Shown here in pieces: positions 27,481 to 40,212 of a stretch of 64,000 nt of DNA. This stretch comes from Balanoglossus misakiensis (Eukaryota; Animalia; Hemichordata), in contig CM082585.2 in the NCBI GenBank assembly GCA_040954595.2, forward strand, positions 4,613,358 to 4,677,357, written 5' to 3'. A program made the position numbers and the translations under genes. Every line of letters starts with the position of its first letter. Positions within the stretch are counted from its first letter, which is position 1. The notes under the pieces were generated by a model. The model saw only the letters and a list, made by a program, of their open reading frames with translations. It was not told the DNA's origin and did not search any database.

Positions 27481-29228
27481 CAAATTAGACGATACTAGAC
27501 GATATTTTTCTTGGTGAACATGCCATGGTCGGCACAGGTCCAGTGAAATAAATTAGACGATACTGGAGAATATAAGCGATATTTTCTAGTGTCGATACTA
27601 GACGATAAATATCCGATATCGTATAAATGTGCAATGTCGCGCCTTCATGTCAATATGACTGCAGCTTACGTATCTTTTGACAGTTTCATCTTTTCCATTG
27701 TCAGTATATACGCATTATAACATATGTTCCAGTAAGCTTTGTATGAATTTCAGATAAACAATGTCTTCATATGTGTTCATAAAAATAACAAAATATGAAA
27801 TAAAATGACATCTGAGCAGTATCACATTTTCTGGTGGTTAATACTGGGGAACCGAGAATACTGTAATGTTTTCGATTTTTTTCTGTAGTTTTGCATGTCT
27901 AACCACTGAATAGCTAGCTGCATGCTTTCATGAAAAACTGCATAAACTAAGAAGTTAATCCTTAATCGTGTGTAGAAGTTTTCTCCTTGTAATTTTTTTG
28001 TATGCGTCAGTTTAGGCCTTGAACTTCCCAGCCATGCCTAGTAGATGACTGGAAGGCAACAGATTCCTAACCTTGCAAAGTGGTTTTATCTTATCAGATC
28101 TGAGACAAATTGAACAAATATTTGAAGAACAAAAAAACACCTGCCTCTAGTTTGGGTATAAAATAACAATGCAGCAAAAAAGGTGACCTGGAAATATACC
28201 CAACTAACATAACCGACAACTTAGCAAGTTAATTTTGTAATAATGTTATGCTAACACTTTGAACCAGCATGTACATACTATACTGTGCGTGAAAATTATA
28301 TAGTTTTGTGTACTATCATGAACTATGCATTTGTTTGAAATGTTGCTGATAAATGTACACAGAATCTGCAGGCTATCTTACCTACAGCCTATCACAACCT
28401 CCCTGTCTCATCATATCTCTAAAATAGTCTTCTAAGGAACAGGTAGCTGCAAGTTATTTGAGTACAAATACCTGGCCTAAGTCCATTCTTGACATAAACC
28501 CCTACATCGCGCATTCCAATGCCTGGTAATCTTGATCAAAACAAATATAGATTTATGGACACAAAAACCACGGCGAAGGCCGTGTAAACTGCACGCCACC
28601 ATGAAATTCTTGTACAGTTTACTTGCTTCGAACATGCTTCGAATAGCAACCTTGTACTGACTTGTCAGACAGCGGAGTTCTGTTAGAGTTCAGATGTTTA
28701 ACTGCGTGGGCATTATTGCAATCAGTAAGAATCCCTAACCCTAAACACCGCAAACATTTTGAGCCCGAGTACTTTATCGTCCGAGCATATCGCGCCTTCT
28801 TCTGTTACGCCTGCAAAAAAAGGGTTGCGCTGAAATTACACTCCGCTGAAAGGCTCGCCCCAAAACAACAAAACCAAAACAGAGAGACACCCCGCAACGT
28901 GCCCCTAATCACGCACCAAAACACCATTGTCAACGCAGTAAACCTTACAATATTCCAACTGCATGTATTTCAGTCCAAACTCACGCTGGCTCTCATAGCA
29001 TACCTCGAATTCTGAGCGTTTCTCCAGATCACATTCTTAATTAAATAACACCAGTAACAAGAAACTCTTGCTAAATTCGCCCCCCTAAACAGAGAATATC
29101 TGACCAACGATCTCGTCATCGACAGTGTAAACGGTGTCACTCCCCCGAAAATACCCACGACAAAAGCGAGTGTAAATTTGTCAACATTGTGGGTAATTAG
29201 CAAGTAGTCGAACGCGCCTGAAACTTAC

Positions 29229-29470
29229 AATGCCGGAAGGCGAGAAATAATCGCGCTTGAAACATACATTTCCGTTCTAAAAAGCACTTCCTTCTAAGAC
29301 GCTAGAATTATTAAAGGGAAGGGCTAGTAGGCGTACAAGAATTATTAGACGCGAGGCGTTTTTGTCCACTGAACTGTGTGGGTCCACTGTACATGTATAA
29401 ACATGGGGTACGAATTCCACATGGCGAACGCGTTGCTACTGTAATACCGCCATTTGCATGGCGTTTAGGT
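29229..29470 (-). promoter_or_regulatory. Candidate angiomotin promoter and non-coding first exon
   Basis: CpG-rich region with a YY1-like CCGCCATTT motif (~29447-29455). Minus-strand donor GTAAGTTT at 29228-29221 could join the acceptor at 20782. Confidence 0.4.
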
Positions 29471-32025
29471 TTTAGAAATCGGTCGGTAATCAGTGGTTAG
29501 CGAGCCGATCGGGGTTTAATGCCGACCGTGTGATTAACAGGGTCAAGTTTCAGAAACGGGGAACTGACCAACGAACAAGGGAAAATCGTGAGTAAGAGCG
29601 TACATAAGGGGAACCGCATTCTTGAGTGTTTAGGGCCCACTGATGAAAGTGAATCGCATCACAACAATAGAGATCGCGCAGTTGGTCAATATGTGGAAGA
29701 AACGCACAAAAGAAACGCGCTGAATATTAAGGCAAACACGCCCCAAATTCGCCACTTCAAGACTTTAAAAAACCGTCTCCCGAAGACACACTATTTCGAC
29801 TACGTACCTCTTTGATAACTTACGTTCCTAATGGCGGGAAAGCGGACAGCACATATATGGTGAGAGCGCAACAACCACAAGTAATGTCCTATGAGTCAAT
29901 TATGCACTGGAGGAAAGCTAACGGCGAACAAAACACGATGTCGCTCTGCTATGCCAGGAATTTTAAAAAGTCGATCTACACAAAGATCAAAAAAGACCGC
30001 CCACACGACCGAACCACTTTGCCCGCGGGGTGGATAGATCTCGTACGTCCCTAAATCTCGTGTGCATTTCATTCAACGTGGCTTTTATACCCAAAGTTAG
30101 TAGCGTACGCGTGGCAAATTTATACACATGTAATTTGTGGTTTCTTTCTAAGAAACACATGTAAGCCCCTGCGTATTATAAGATGGCGAGATGGTGAGAA
30201 CTTAAACACAGCGGAGAGTAAAACGCGTAAATTCCAAAGGAAATGGGAAGGTTACAGCTAACAAAACGACTCATTTGTTTCGCATTGCCCTCCATCGACA
30301 AACGCAGTATTCCACACACGAGTGACTCACTAGTTAAAATTTTGGCTCTTCGGAGGAGAACGTTGACCCACTTCAAATTATATAGGCCTATATATTTATT
30401 TTAAAATATTTTTTTTTTAATTTTTATCAGGGTCGTAATTACTTTTTTTTCCGCGGCCGATTCATACCGATTTTAGATTCGTACATTTTGGCCTACTGGG
30501 AGTCGAGTACTGCAGGTAGGGCGTAGGCCTAGTGTTGTAATTTGTCGAAACTTGGCACTGAAAACTAGCATGTCGAGTCCGTAGACTTATCAGAAACCGT
30601 TTTAACATTTCAAGTTGCAAACTGGAATTCCGAAAATGAAATGATTTATTTTAGAGTCAATAATTTACTATGCGTGCTTTGAATTTGTTCGAACCACCGC
30701 CAAATACTAATTTCTCTGCGTTTCACAACAAATATCCCGAGCCAGGCTGATCTGGTCACTTTATACTAAATATATCAAACAAATCACAAATATATTGGAG
30801 ACATGTACTGTTAACCTTGAAATGATAATATAGGCGGACACCGGGACACACAGTGCGCACTGGCGTGTAACAATTTTCATTGGTACTCTGCAGACCAGAC
30901 TAATCCACAACCTTGTAAAAGTTGAAGGCCAAATCTCGTACACGGTATTTAAATGCAAATTCGTGAAATGACGACATATTTTGTAGATTTTTTTCTAATC
31001 CTGGTCTTTTTTCCGTGTGGCGATAGCTACCTCAATGAATATATGCAAGTGTATACCCCCATACATTACAGTACCTTGTTGGTGACTTTTGTAAGACGTG
31101 ATCAGCGAAATCGTAACATGTCTTTTGTTAGTCCACATTTCTACAGCCCTATTGTTCTGTAAGGGCTTACGAGCACACCTATACAATATAAAACATGGCT
31201 GGTATGCGGGGTGTTCATTCTGACCTCTCTAAATAGTCTAAGAAAAATCCCAGAGAGAAAAATGTTCAACCAGATGCCAAAATAGACAAAAGAAACTGTG
31301 CGACGAGACCTTGACTCAAGAGAGCCCCGTGTATATATTGGGGAGGAGGCGCCGATTGAAGATTTTTGAATACTTGAACTTTTGAATTCCAAGAACTTTT
31401 TGAAGTCTACACTGTACGATGAAGTAGAAATGAAGATTTCGGATGTAAGCTTGCTGACGTAAAACACGGTAAATCGACCCCCATGTCCCCTGGGTGTTTG
31501 GTTTCGTGGCCACAGGGAAATCGAATTGCCCTCTGAATTGACCTGGCATAGTTGACACGCCTTGAATATTTCCCTTTCAGCTCCTTTCACGCAGCGTTTC
31601 CACTCCCATGCACATCGTCGCACGTACAACACGCGGTACCCAGTACCTGAGCTGTGTCAATGAACGCCGCCGAGGGCGCACTACTATACTAACCCACAGG
31701 ATTTCAAAAAAATCGCGTAATTCAAGAAGTCAGCAATTACGCGATGTTTTGGTGTATTCCAATTATTAGCTCATAGTTGTAAGGTACGAGTATATTCATC
31801 CCAGTTCAAATAATAATTAAAAATTCGCCCTTATACATGTACACGTATAAAGAAATCGCGCGTTACTTTCTCATGGTGGACGCGACAGAATCATTCTATG
31901 ACAAAGGCATTATAATTGCCATGACAACGATCTCCACTGTCGGTATCAAGCAGTCTTTGTTCCACGCTTCAACAGCGAGTATTGGTGTTTACTACAAGCA
32001 TGGTTCTTACAGAAAAGTAACCAAA

Positions 32026-32856
32026 ATGGGACTGTTAAGTCTAATCTTCGCTCTAGCAGCCAACTTTGCAAGTGCAGTATATGGTTGGGTGCATTCTGTA
32101 CCTATCGTTGGAGCATATTTGACAACTTTTGATGAGTTCTTCTTGAGAATTTGTGAAGTTCCAATCGTAGTTCGTGTTCGCCGTGCCGTCAAAGTCATTT
32201 GGGACTTGTATCTGACCATGATGAAAGTTGTATTATTCATCGTTTTCTGGCCGATTTGTGTCCCTGTTTGGATCGTTAGGAAACTGATCACCAGACAACG
32301 AGGCGCGGACTTGGAGGATGCGGCTGACACAGGACTGGTCAATCGTCTCACATCCGCGCTGAGACGTTTTGTCGTCAGTCTACCAGTGGTCGGACCAGTA
32401 ATTGTCTGGGTGGGAAATGCCACTCCACGTTTTGTACAAGTCGTCCGAGTCATCGTTCGGATTTTCTTAAATCCAAGCGAGTTCATCGAAAAGATAGAAA
32501 CTTTTGACGCCAGACTCGTTGAATTAGAAGAGAGTGTTGCAGACTCTTCCGAGAAACTGGCCGAGGTGAAACGTGATGTGTCCAACGAATGCAGGGAAAT
32601 CGTCGAGCGACACTCTCAAGACGTGGACAGACGTCTCGAAGAAATTCACCGCGTCGCATCGCAAGTACCATCACCAAGCTGCATTTCACCATCCGCGGGA
32701 AACAACCCGACCTCTGCTGTGGAGAGCTATGACTACGAGTCGGAAGGCGACGCTGCAGAACCACTGCACGTTCAAGTACAGGGGAATGCTGCCAACTCAC
32801 GCCCTACCGTTCCTGGACTAGCGACCGCCAAGAGATGGTTTTTCGCTCGAAAGTGA
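32026..32856 (+). CDS. Uncharacterised hydrophobic/coiled-coil protein, copy 1 (276 aa; one 22-aa unit plus acidic C-terminal insert)
   Basis: ATG in ccaaaATGG context is conserved in all five copies. The upstream extension of ORF 31837 is not kept in frame in the paralogs. Ends GLATAKRWFFARK*; AATAAA downstream. Confidence 0.8.
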   Translation: MGLLSLIFALAANFASAVYGWVHSVPIVGAYLTTFDEFFLRICEVPIVVRVRRAVKVIWDLYLTMMKVVLFIVFWPICVPVWIVRKLITRQRGADLEDAADTGLVNRLTSALRRFVVSLPVVGPVIVWVGNATPRFVQVVRVIVRIFLNPSEFIEKIETFDARLVELEESVADSSEKLAEVKRDVSNECREIVERHSQDVDRRLEEIHRVASQVPSPSCISPSAGNNPTSAVESYDYESEGDAAEPLHVQVQGNAANSRPTVPGLATAKRWFFARK

Positions 32857-34382
32857 GCTGGGACGAACCCGTACAGTGTATATCTTTAAAACTCAAAGTA
32901 CAGACAATGATACTTATCATACATTGTCTGTATTGTGATCATCTTTTTGTTAATTAAATAAAACTTGTAATTTCACATCCCATTGTATTAGTGATTCTTT
33001 CTGCGGCCATTATAAACCTGAAGAGACAGTCAGATGTGAAAAGTTATGATACGTCCATACTGTTAGGGATGTACGCGCAGAACATAAACTGGAAAACTGC
33101 GCGCATTCACCTTTTCCATAGGATTACATTGAGAATAGCTAGAAAGCTCACTTCTACTATTGTCACTTTCGTGAATTTTTTCACATAGTTTAGTCCAGTA
33201 AATATAAATTCATAGGTCAAATAAAATAGTATGGTCATCGCGCTATACTGCACGATAAATTTCGCAAAATATTTTGCCCATAGAGTAACCATTTGGTGAA
33301 AAATGCTGACCCAGCAGTTTTCTTCAATTATCGACTAAATTCACGGCCTTGTATTTTGAAAACAAGCGCGATATATGCACCGTGTCAATGTTGACATGAC
33401 TTCATGCAGCAATATATTTGTTGTGAGATAGTATACTACAGATCCCAGAGCATTGACACGCGAGATGTGTTCGCTTTGATTTGTAGTAACTGCGTGTATG
33501 GAAGACAGAACATCAGTATGAAATGTTGCACCCAAAGTATGGAATAATTTACAATGCTATATTAGCCATTTATTCCTTTTATGGATATATGTAAATTGGC
33601 GGTGACTATGTACATGTACCTATACTAATATTTGTGCTAAAGCAAGAAGTATAGTAAGCCCTAGATAATTTTCCCCTCAATATAAATGTGTGCATCCCCA
33701 AATACAGCTGCCCACGCACAACTTCATTGGGCGAAATTTTTCAAGAGACAGCAGAAAGTACCTGTGGCGAGAATGCAACATGTGGCTGACCAATTTTAGT
33801 GTGCGCCTGCCATTTTGCAGAACTTGAACGTCGACTACATCGAACCATGTGCCAACTAATGCATGTTGAAGTTTACTATCATTATATCAAGTGCACTCGG
33901 TATTAAATGACAGAAATAATTATGGAGTCCAAGTTTTAATTCGCGTTAGAACACTGAGCTATACGTTATTACACCAGCGGTACATCCGTTTCGGCTTTGT
34001 TTGGTTTAACTTCCCCCCCCCCCCCTTTTTTTCTGGGCTAAATTTATAAAAATCAGACTGGTATCAATACAATAATGAATATTTAGATGGGGGGGGGGCT
34101 AAATAAATGAAATGCCTTAAAAAAAATTCTCGTATACCATGTACGTTATATCGACAAATGAAAACTGTCCAAATCTCGAGTTCTTGGTATATATGCTAAT
34201 TTCTGATAAGCTTCTCGCGTTACTTTCTAATGACGGGCGCGTCAGAATCATTCCATGACAAAGGCATTCTAATTGCCATGACAACGATCTCCACTGTCGA
34301 CATCAAGCAGTCTTTGTTCTACGTTTCAACAGCGAGCATTGGTGTTTACTACACGCATGTTTCTTACTGAAAAGTAACCAAA

Positions 34383-35294
34383 ATGGGACTGTTAAGTATA
34401 ATCTTCGCTCTAGCAGCCAACTTTGCAAGTGCAGTATATGGTTGGGTGCATTCTGTACCCATCGTTGGAGCATATTTGACAACTTTTGATGAGTTCTTCT
34501 TGAGAATTTGTGAAGTTCCAATCGTAGTTCGTGTTCGTCATGCCGTCAAAGTCATTTGGGACTTGTATCTGAGCATGATGAAAGTTGTATTATTCATCGT
34601 TTTCTGGCCGATTTGTGTCCCTGTTTGGATCGTTAGGAAACTGGTCACCGGGCAACGAGGCGCGGACTTGGAGGATGCGGCTGACATAGGACTGGTCAAT
34701 CGTCTCACATCCGCGCTGAGACGTTTTGTCGTCAGTCTACCAGTGGTCGGGCCAGTATTTGTCTGGGTGGGAAATGCCACTCCACGTTTTGTGCAAGTCG
34801 TCCGAGTCATCGTTTGGATTTTCTTAAATCCAAGCGAGTTCATCGAAAAGATAGAATCTTTCGACGCCAGACTCGTTGAATTGGAAGAGAGTGTTGCAGA
34901 CTCTTCCGAAAAACTGGACGAGGTGAAACGTGACATGTCCAATGAATGCAAGGAAATCGTCAAGAGACACTCTCAAGACGTGGCCAAGGTGAGACGTGAT
35001 GTGTCCAACGAATGCAGGGAAATCGTCGAGCGACACTCTCAAGACGTAGCCAATGTGAAACGTGATGTGTCCAACGAATGCAGGGAAATCGTCAAGCGAC
35101 ACTCTCAATACGTGGCCAAGGTGAAACGTGATGTGTCCAACGAATGCAGGGAAATCTTCCAGCGACACTCTCAAGACGTGGACAGACGTCTGGAAGAAAT
35201 TCAGCGCGTCGCATCGCAAGTACCAACACCAAACTCACGCCTTAGCCTTCCTGGACTAGCGACCGCCAAGAGATGGTTCTTCGCTCGAAAGTGA
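34383..35294 (+). CDS. Uncharacterised hydrophobic/coiled-coil protein, copy 2 (303 aa; four 22-aa repeats)
   Basis: Intact ORF, paralog of copy 1. Repeat VAKVKRDVSNECREIVERHSQD x4. Confidence 0.8.
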   Translation: MGLLSIIFALAANFASAVYGWVHSVPIVGAYLTTFDEFFLRICEVPIVVRVRHAVKVIWDLYLSMMKVVLFIVFWPICVPVWIVRKLVTGQRGADLEDAADIGLVNRLTSALRRFVVSLPVVGPVFVWVGNATPRFVQVVRVIVWIFLNPSEFIEKIESFDARLVELEESVADSSEKLDEVKRDMSNECKEIVKRHSQDVAKVRRDVSNECREIVERHSQDVANVKRDVSNECREIVKRHSQYVAKVKRDVSNECREIFQRHSQDVDRRLEEIQRVASQVPTPNSRLSLPGLATAKRWFFARK

Positions 35295-36430
35295 GCTGGG
35301 AAGAACCCGTACCGTGTTTATCTTTAAACTCCAGTACAGACAATGATATTTCTAAAAGATTGTCTGTAATGTGATCATCTATTAGTAAATAAAATTTGTT
35401 ATTTCACATTTCATGGTGTTAGTGATTCTATATCTGCGCTAAATCTGAAGAGACTGTCAGATATGAACAGATGAAAAGTTGTGACTCGTCTGAATACTGT
35501 TAATACGAGGTACCTTTATACTTAGTTGTCTGGTACATTTATACTTAGTTGTCAAGTGACTTTTTTCCATTGTTCGACTACAACGCGGATGGGAGTTGAG
35601 GATGAGGGGGAGGTGGCCGTGGGGGGGGGGGGTTCAACACGGGTCGTAGAGGGCGCTGTGACACCCTTCAAAGACGTTGGTTTGATCAGACTGTGAATTC
35701 TCAATAGTGGACATGTCTTAGCGCAAATTGTCGGACCGTGATAATCAAATCCCCCAAACCTAAAAAAGCTTGGAATTTAATCCCTTCTTTGTGAATGTTT
35801 TACACTACATTTGTTACGACAAATGAATGATATGCCTTCGTTTTATGTCTGTAATGGACTGGATACAATGTTTCGTTCACCAGAGCAGGAAGGATATGCA
35901 GTAGAGTATCTGTCATCACATGATATGCACAATTTCAATGTTAACAGGATTTCACAAAGGGCAAGGCTTGGAACTTGGTCATGCAAATAAATTTATTACA
36001 AACCAGATCCCATAGCAAAAAAATCCACACTTTAATTTCCTTATATTTCTCCCAGTGTAAGATACAGAGCAAGGTATTCAAATTAATGATAGTCTCTTCT
36101 AGGCTTGCTCTGCAAGAAATATTAAAATAGCAATGAATACATTGACCATTGAATACATGAGGCTCAGTAAGTCCCAACTGTGATCATAGAGAAGGAGATC
36201 TTGGCCTGATTTTCTTTTGCAGAGACAGAAAGTGGCTGAACCATGATTCAAGTGTGTTCCAATTTTGTCAGACAATTCAAATTAATCACATAACTTTAAA
36301 AAGATGTTGAATTTTTCAGCTTTGTGTAAAGACATGTCAGGATGGACAAATTGCTCATTATGAATTTTCCTGCGTTTTGTGTCACTGGTTTGGTTGGAAA
36401 AAAACCCCAGGAAATTCTGGAGACGAGTGT

Positions 36431-36649
36431 TCAAGTGTCTAAGCTCTCCTTCTTGACTGTGACGGTCACAGTCTGCGGTGTTGATGTTTTCACTGCAGTG
36501 GTAACTGGTTGTGCGACAGTTCTGGTTGTTGCGGTGCTCTGCTGTGTCGACGCTGCGGCCACTGAAGTCGGCTGCGCCAGTGATGTCATCGGTTTGGATA
36601 TGGGCGCCAGTTTGGGCATCTTCAGCTCCGTGTTGGGCTCGGCGGGGAG
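36431..36649 (-). pseudogene. 5'-truncated duplicate of the TAF6 last exon
   Basis: Encodes [25 protein letters not shown]…KKESLDT*, matching the TAF6 C-terminus, but the splice acceptor has been deleted. Confidence 0.85.
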
Positions 36650-37158
36650 TTTGCTATCATTATATCACGCGCACTCGGTATTAAATGACAGAAATAATTT
36701 TGGAGTCCAAGTTTTATTTCGCGTTAGAACACTGAGCTAAACGTTATTACACCAGCGGTACATCCGTTTCGGCTTTGTTTGGTTTAACTTCCCCCCCCCC
36801 TTTTCTGGGCTAAATTTATCAAAATCAGACTGGTATCAATACAATAATGCATATTTAGATGGGGGGGGGGGGGGGCTAAATAAATGAAATGCCTGAAAAA
36901 AATTCTCGTATGCCATGTACGTTATATCGAAACATGAAAACTGCCCAATTCCCGAGTTCTTGGTATATATGCTAATTTCTGATAAGCTTCTCGCGTTACT
37001 TTCTAATGATGGGCGCGTCAGAATCATTCCATGACAAAGGCATTCTAATTGCCATGACAACGATCTCCAATGTCGACATCAAGCAGTCTTTGTTCTACGT
37101 TTCAACAGCGAGCATTAGTGTTTACTACAAGCATGTTTCTTACTGAAAAGTAACCAAA

Positions 37159-38136
37159 ATGGGACTGTTAAGTATAATCTTCGCTCTCGCAGCCAACTTT
37201 GCAACTGCAGTATATGGTAGGGTGCATTCTGTACCCGTCGTTGGAGCATATTTGACAACTTTTGATGATTTCTTCTTGAGAATTTGTGAAGTTCCAATCG
37301 TAGTTCGTGTTCGCCGTGCCGTCAAAGTCATTTGGGACTTGTATCTGAGCATGATGAAAGTTGTATTATTCATCGTTTTTTGGCCGATTTGTGTCCCTGT
37401 TTGGATCGTTAGGAAACTAATCACCAGGCAACGAGGCGCGGACTTGGAGGATGCGGCTGACACAGGACTGGTCAATCGTCTCACATCCGCGCTGAGACGT
37501 TTTGTCGTCAGTCTACCAGTGGTCGGACCAGTATTTGTCTGGGTGGGAAATGCCACTCCACGTTTTGTACAAGTCGTCCGAGTCATCGTTTGGATTTTCT
37601 TAAATCCAAGCGAGTTCATCGAAAAGATAGAATCTTTCGACGCCAGACTCGTTGAATTGGAAGAGAGTGTTGCAGACTCTTCCGAGAAACTGGACGAGGT
37701 GAAACGTGATGTGTCCAACGAATGCAAGGAAATCGTCGAGCGACACAGTCAAGACGTGGCCAATGTGAAACGTGATGTGTCCAACGAATGCAAGGAAATC
37801 GTCAAGCGACACTCTCAAGACGTGGCCAAGGTGAAACGTGATGTGTCCAACGAATGCAAGGAAATCGTCGAGCGACACTGTCAAGACGTGGCCAATGTGA
37901 AACGTGATGTGTCCAACGAATGCAGGGAAATCGTCAAGCGACACTCTCAATACGTGGCCAAGGTGAAACGTGATGTGTCGAACGAATGCAGGGAAATCGT
38001 CGAGCGACACTCTCAAGACGTGGACAGACGTCTGGAAGAAATTCAGCGCGTCGCATCGCAAGTACCAACACCGAACTCACGCCTTAGCGTTCCTGGACTA
38101 GCGACCGCCAAGAGATGGTTTTTCGCTCGAAAGTGA
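37159..38136 (+). CDS. Uncharacterised hydrophobic/coiled-coil protein, copy 3 (325 aa; five 22-aa repeats)
   Basis: Intact ORF with one extra 66-bp unit relative to copies 2, 4 and 5. Confidence 0.8.
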   Translation: MGLLSIIFALAANFATAVYGRVHSVPVVGAYLTTFDDFFLRICEVPIVVRVRRAVKVIWDLYLSMMKVVLFIVFWPICVPVWIVRKLITRQRGADLEDAADTGLVNRLTSALRRFVVSLPVVGPVFVWVGNATPRFVQVVRVIVWIFLNPSEFIEKIESFDARLVELEESVADSSEKLDEVKRDVSNECKEIVERHSQDVANVKRDVSNECKEIVKRHSQDVAKVKRDVSNECKEIVERHCQDVANVKRDVSNECREIVKRHSQYVAKVKRDVSNECREIVERHSQDVDRRLEEIQRVASQVPTPNSRLSVPGLATAKRWFFARK

Positions 38137-38385
38137 GCTGGGAAGAACCCGTACCGTGTTTATCTTTAAACTCCAGTACAGACAATGATATTTCTAAAAG
38201 ATTGTCTGTATTGTGATCATTTATTTGTTAATAAAATTTGTTACTTCACATTTCATGGTGTTAGTGATTCTATATCTGCGGCTAAATCTGAAGAGACTGT
38301 CAGATGTGAACAGATGGAAAGTTGTGACTCGTCTGAATACTGTTAATACGAGGGTTGCACCTGGCACATTTATAATTAGTTGTCA

Positions 38386-40212
38386 CAGTCAGATCGCACG
38401 GTGCTCATTTGCATATGAAAGTTCGTCAAGCCAGCGACCGTTAATTTTCAAACAGACGGCAATAGGCCAGTTTTCAAGGTGATTTTCAACTTGATTTTTA
38501 CACTCCGTGGTACAATAAAATACCATGCTAGCTCGATAAATTTCGAAAGTGATTCCTATTTTGCACTGCAGACGTAAATTTTATGAGAATCTGTCGGTAA
38601 TAGTAGTAGTTTTTAGCGTGTTTTCGGTGGTATGTTGGTGACCTCGGAAGAGACGTCCACAAACGTGCCAAAAATCATTTGAAGACGACCTCGGAAGTTA
38701 ACCAAGTTTTCGTGACAGATAGGTCTAATATCGGTCCCAACATCCGTGAAAAGAAATTAACTCGAAATGCTTGTGTAACGGTCAGCTTAAAAATAATCGA
38801 TGTAGTTCGACGATATGACCCGGAAGTATAGGCCCTACGTTGACCTCTCCATGTTAGGCTTGTAAATACGGAAGTGTTGCGTTGCTCGTGAAACGACACG
38901 TTTATCGTGGGGAAAACAGTTTCTAAAAGACACTTGTCAAGTAAAAGTTACTGGATAGTGTATACCACTCTAAGGTAACATATCAGCCAAGTTTTAACTT
39001 AATTACTGGCCTGATTTCGACACAACATCGATCAATCGCACGAGTGCCGCGCCCGGGTGCTCCACGCCGTTCGCCTGCATTGGGCTACAAACAAATATTT
39101 GATTACCCATGCACAGAATGCCAGGTTTACCGTACGTGAGGAGCTCAGCTGACGTATTTTGTATATATTTTTTTCTCCGCATCGTGGGATATAAGTAGAC
39201 TTTTCGAAAATGCCAAGTGTAACTTCGAAACCACTTCCCTTTATTCGCCGATGATATATGCAATAAATACAACATTTGTGTCTGAAGGCGAGCGATTTGT
39301 CATCATTGCATTGGGTCGATAAATAATAATAATAGTAATTTATTTATTAAACAGTGTTCAAAATACTACTACAAAATACAGGATAAAGAGTTAAAAATAC
39401 AACAAAATACAGAATAAATTGTCAACTCAGACAGCTAAAATAAAACAGTCAACTGCAACACCACCACCACCACAAAAATCAGTCTTCATCAATCTGAAAG
39501 AACAATAAAATTAAAAAAAGTGAGTTTCCTTGACGGGCAAACCTTCATAAAATAATTGTTAGGGTTTAGTAAAACTCGGGATTACATATCAGCAATCAAA
39601 ATTTCTTCGCACGAGAGAGGAGGGAAAACTACGCAGCTGGTAAAACCCAGGATCAAGCCTGCGCCAGCGTATATACGTACACATGCATGCTGTCTTCTCC
39701 CGCCATTTTGCAGAAGAAGTGGCGCTCACGGGTTGAAAAGTAAACAAAATGGCGCTCACAGGTTGAAAGGTAAACAAAATTGAACTGGTCATATCGTCAC
39801 TATCAAAGCTTGGAAGTGAATGAAAACTCAAAGAGAGGGAGTTTGATGTCTATATTTTGATAAAAGTTTGAAATTTCGTGGTAAAATCCATGTGTAACGG
39901 TCAGCTTAAAAATAATCGAGAGGATGTCAACGCTATGTGTTTTTTCACAGTCGTCAGAAATTTCGTGATTACAAAGAAACTACTCGACAGAAGTTGCCAA
40001 AAAATCATTCAGTAACAATCCAGTATACCTACCTTCAAGTGAATCCACGGTTTTGTCTTAAAATAATCCACATCGCCTGAAAACAGCTCTATAATATCGA
40101 GTAAAAAAATGGCCTATTTCGCGACCCGTCAGCGGGGCCCACTCTAACGGCTACATGGTTTGAAGTACTTTCTTCATTTGCATATGTTAATGAATGCCGT
40201 GCGATCTGACTG
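38386..40212. mobile_element. 1827-bp non-autonomous TIR element with 4-bp TSD (GTCA)
   Basis: 16-bp TIRs CAGTCAGATCGCACGG / CCGTGCGATCTGACTG. GTCA is duplicated at 38382-38385 and 40213-40216. The empty site agttGTCAagtgac is present in sister units (~35547, ~42945, ~46337). Confidence 0.9.

Larger units (their letters stand above)
24935..27649. mobile_element. Foldback-like non-autonomous DNA transposon filled with tandem arrays
   Basis: 50-bp inverted repeats GCGCGACATTGCACATTTATACGATATCGGATATTTATCGTCTAGTATCG at 24942-24991 and 27593-27642. Direct 8-mer TCAATATG sits symmetrically 7 bp outside each (24927-24934, 27650-27657), consistent with a TSD. No ORF. Confidence 0.8.

Noticed and set aside
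31141-31632. 163-aa minus ORF and a stop-interrupted plus-strand peptide ending in a GTAAGC donor (~31240-31450)
   Set aside because: No recognisable motif, and the plus frame has in-frame stops. It could be a decayed exon but cannot be supported without a search.
32003-32012. Apparent splice-acceptor loss (ttcttacag in copy 1 versus ttcttactg in copies 2-5)
   Set aside because: A stronger acceptor ~35 nt upstream is conserved in all copies, so the change is not evidence of inactivation.
31837-32025. 63-aa N-terminal extension of copy 1
   Set aside because: Not in frame in copies 2-5. The region contains a conserved pyrimidine-rich acceptor (…ttcaacag at ~31976), so it is likely intron or 5' UTR.
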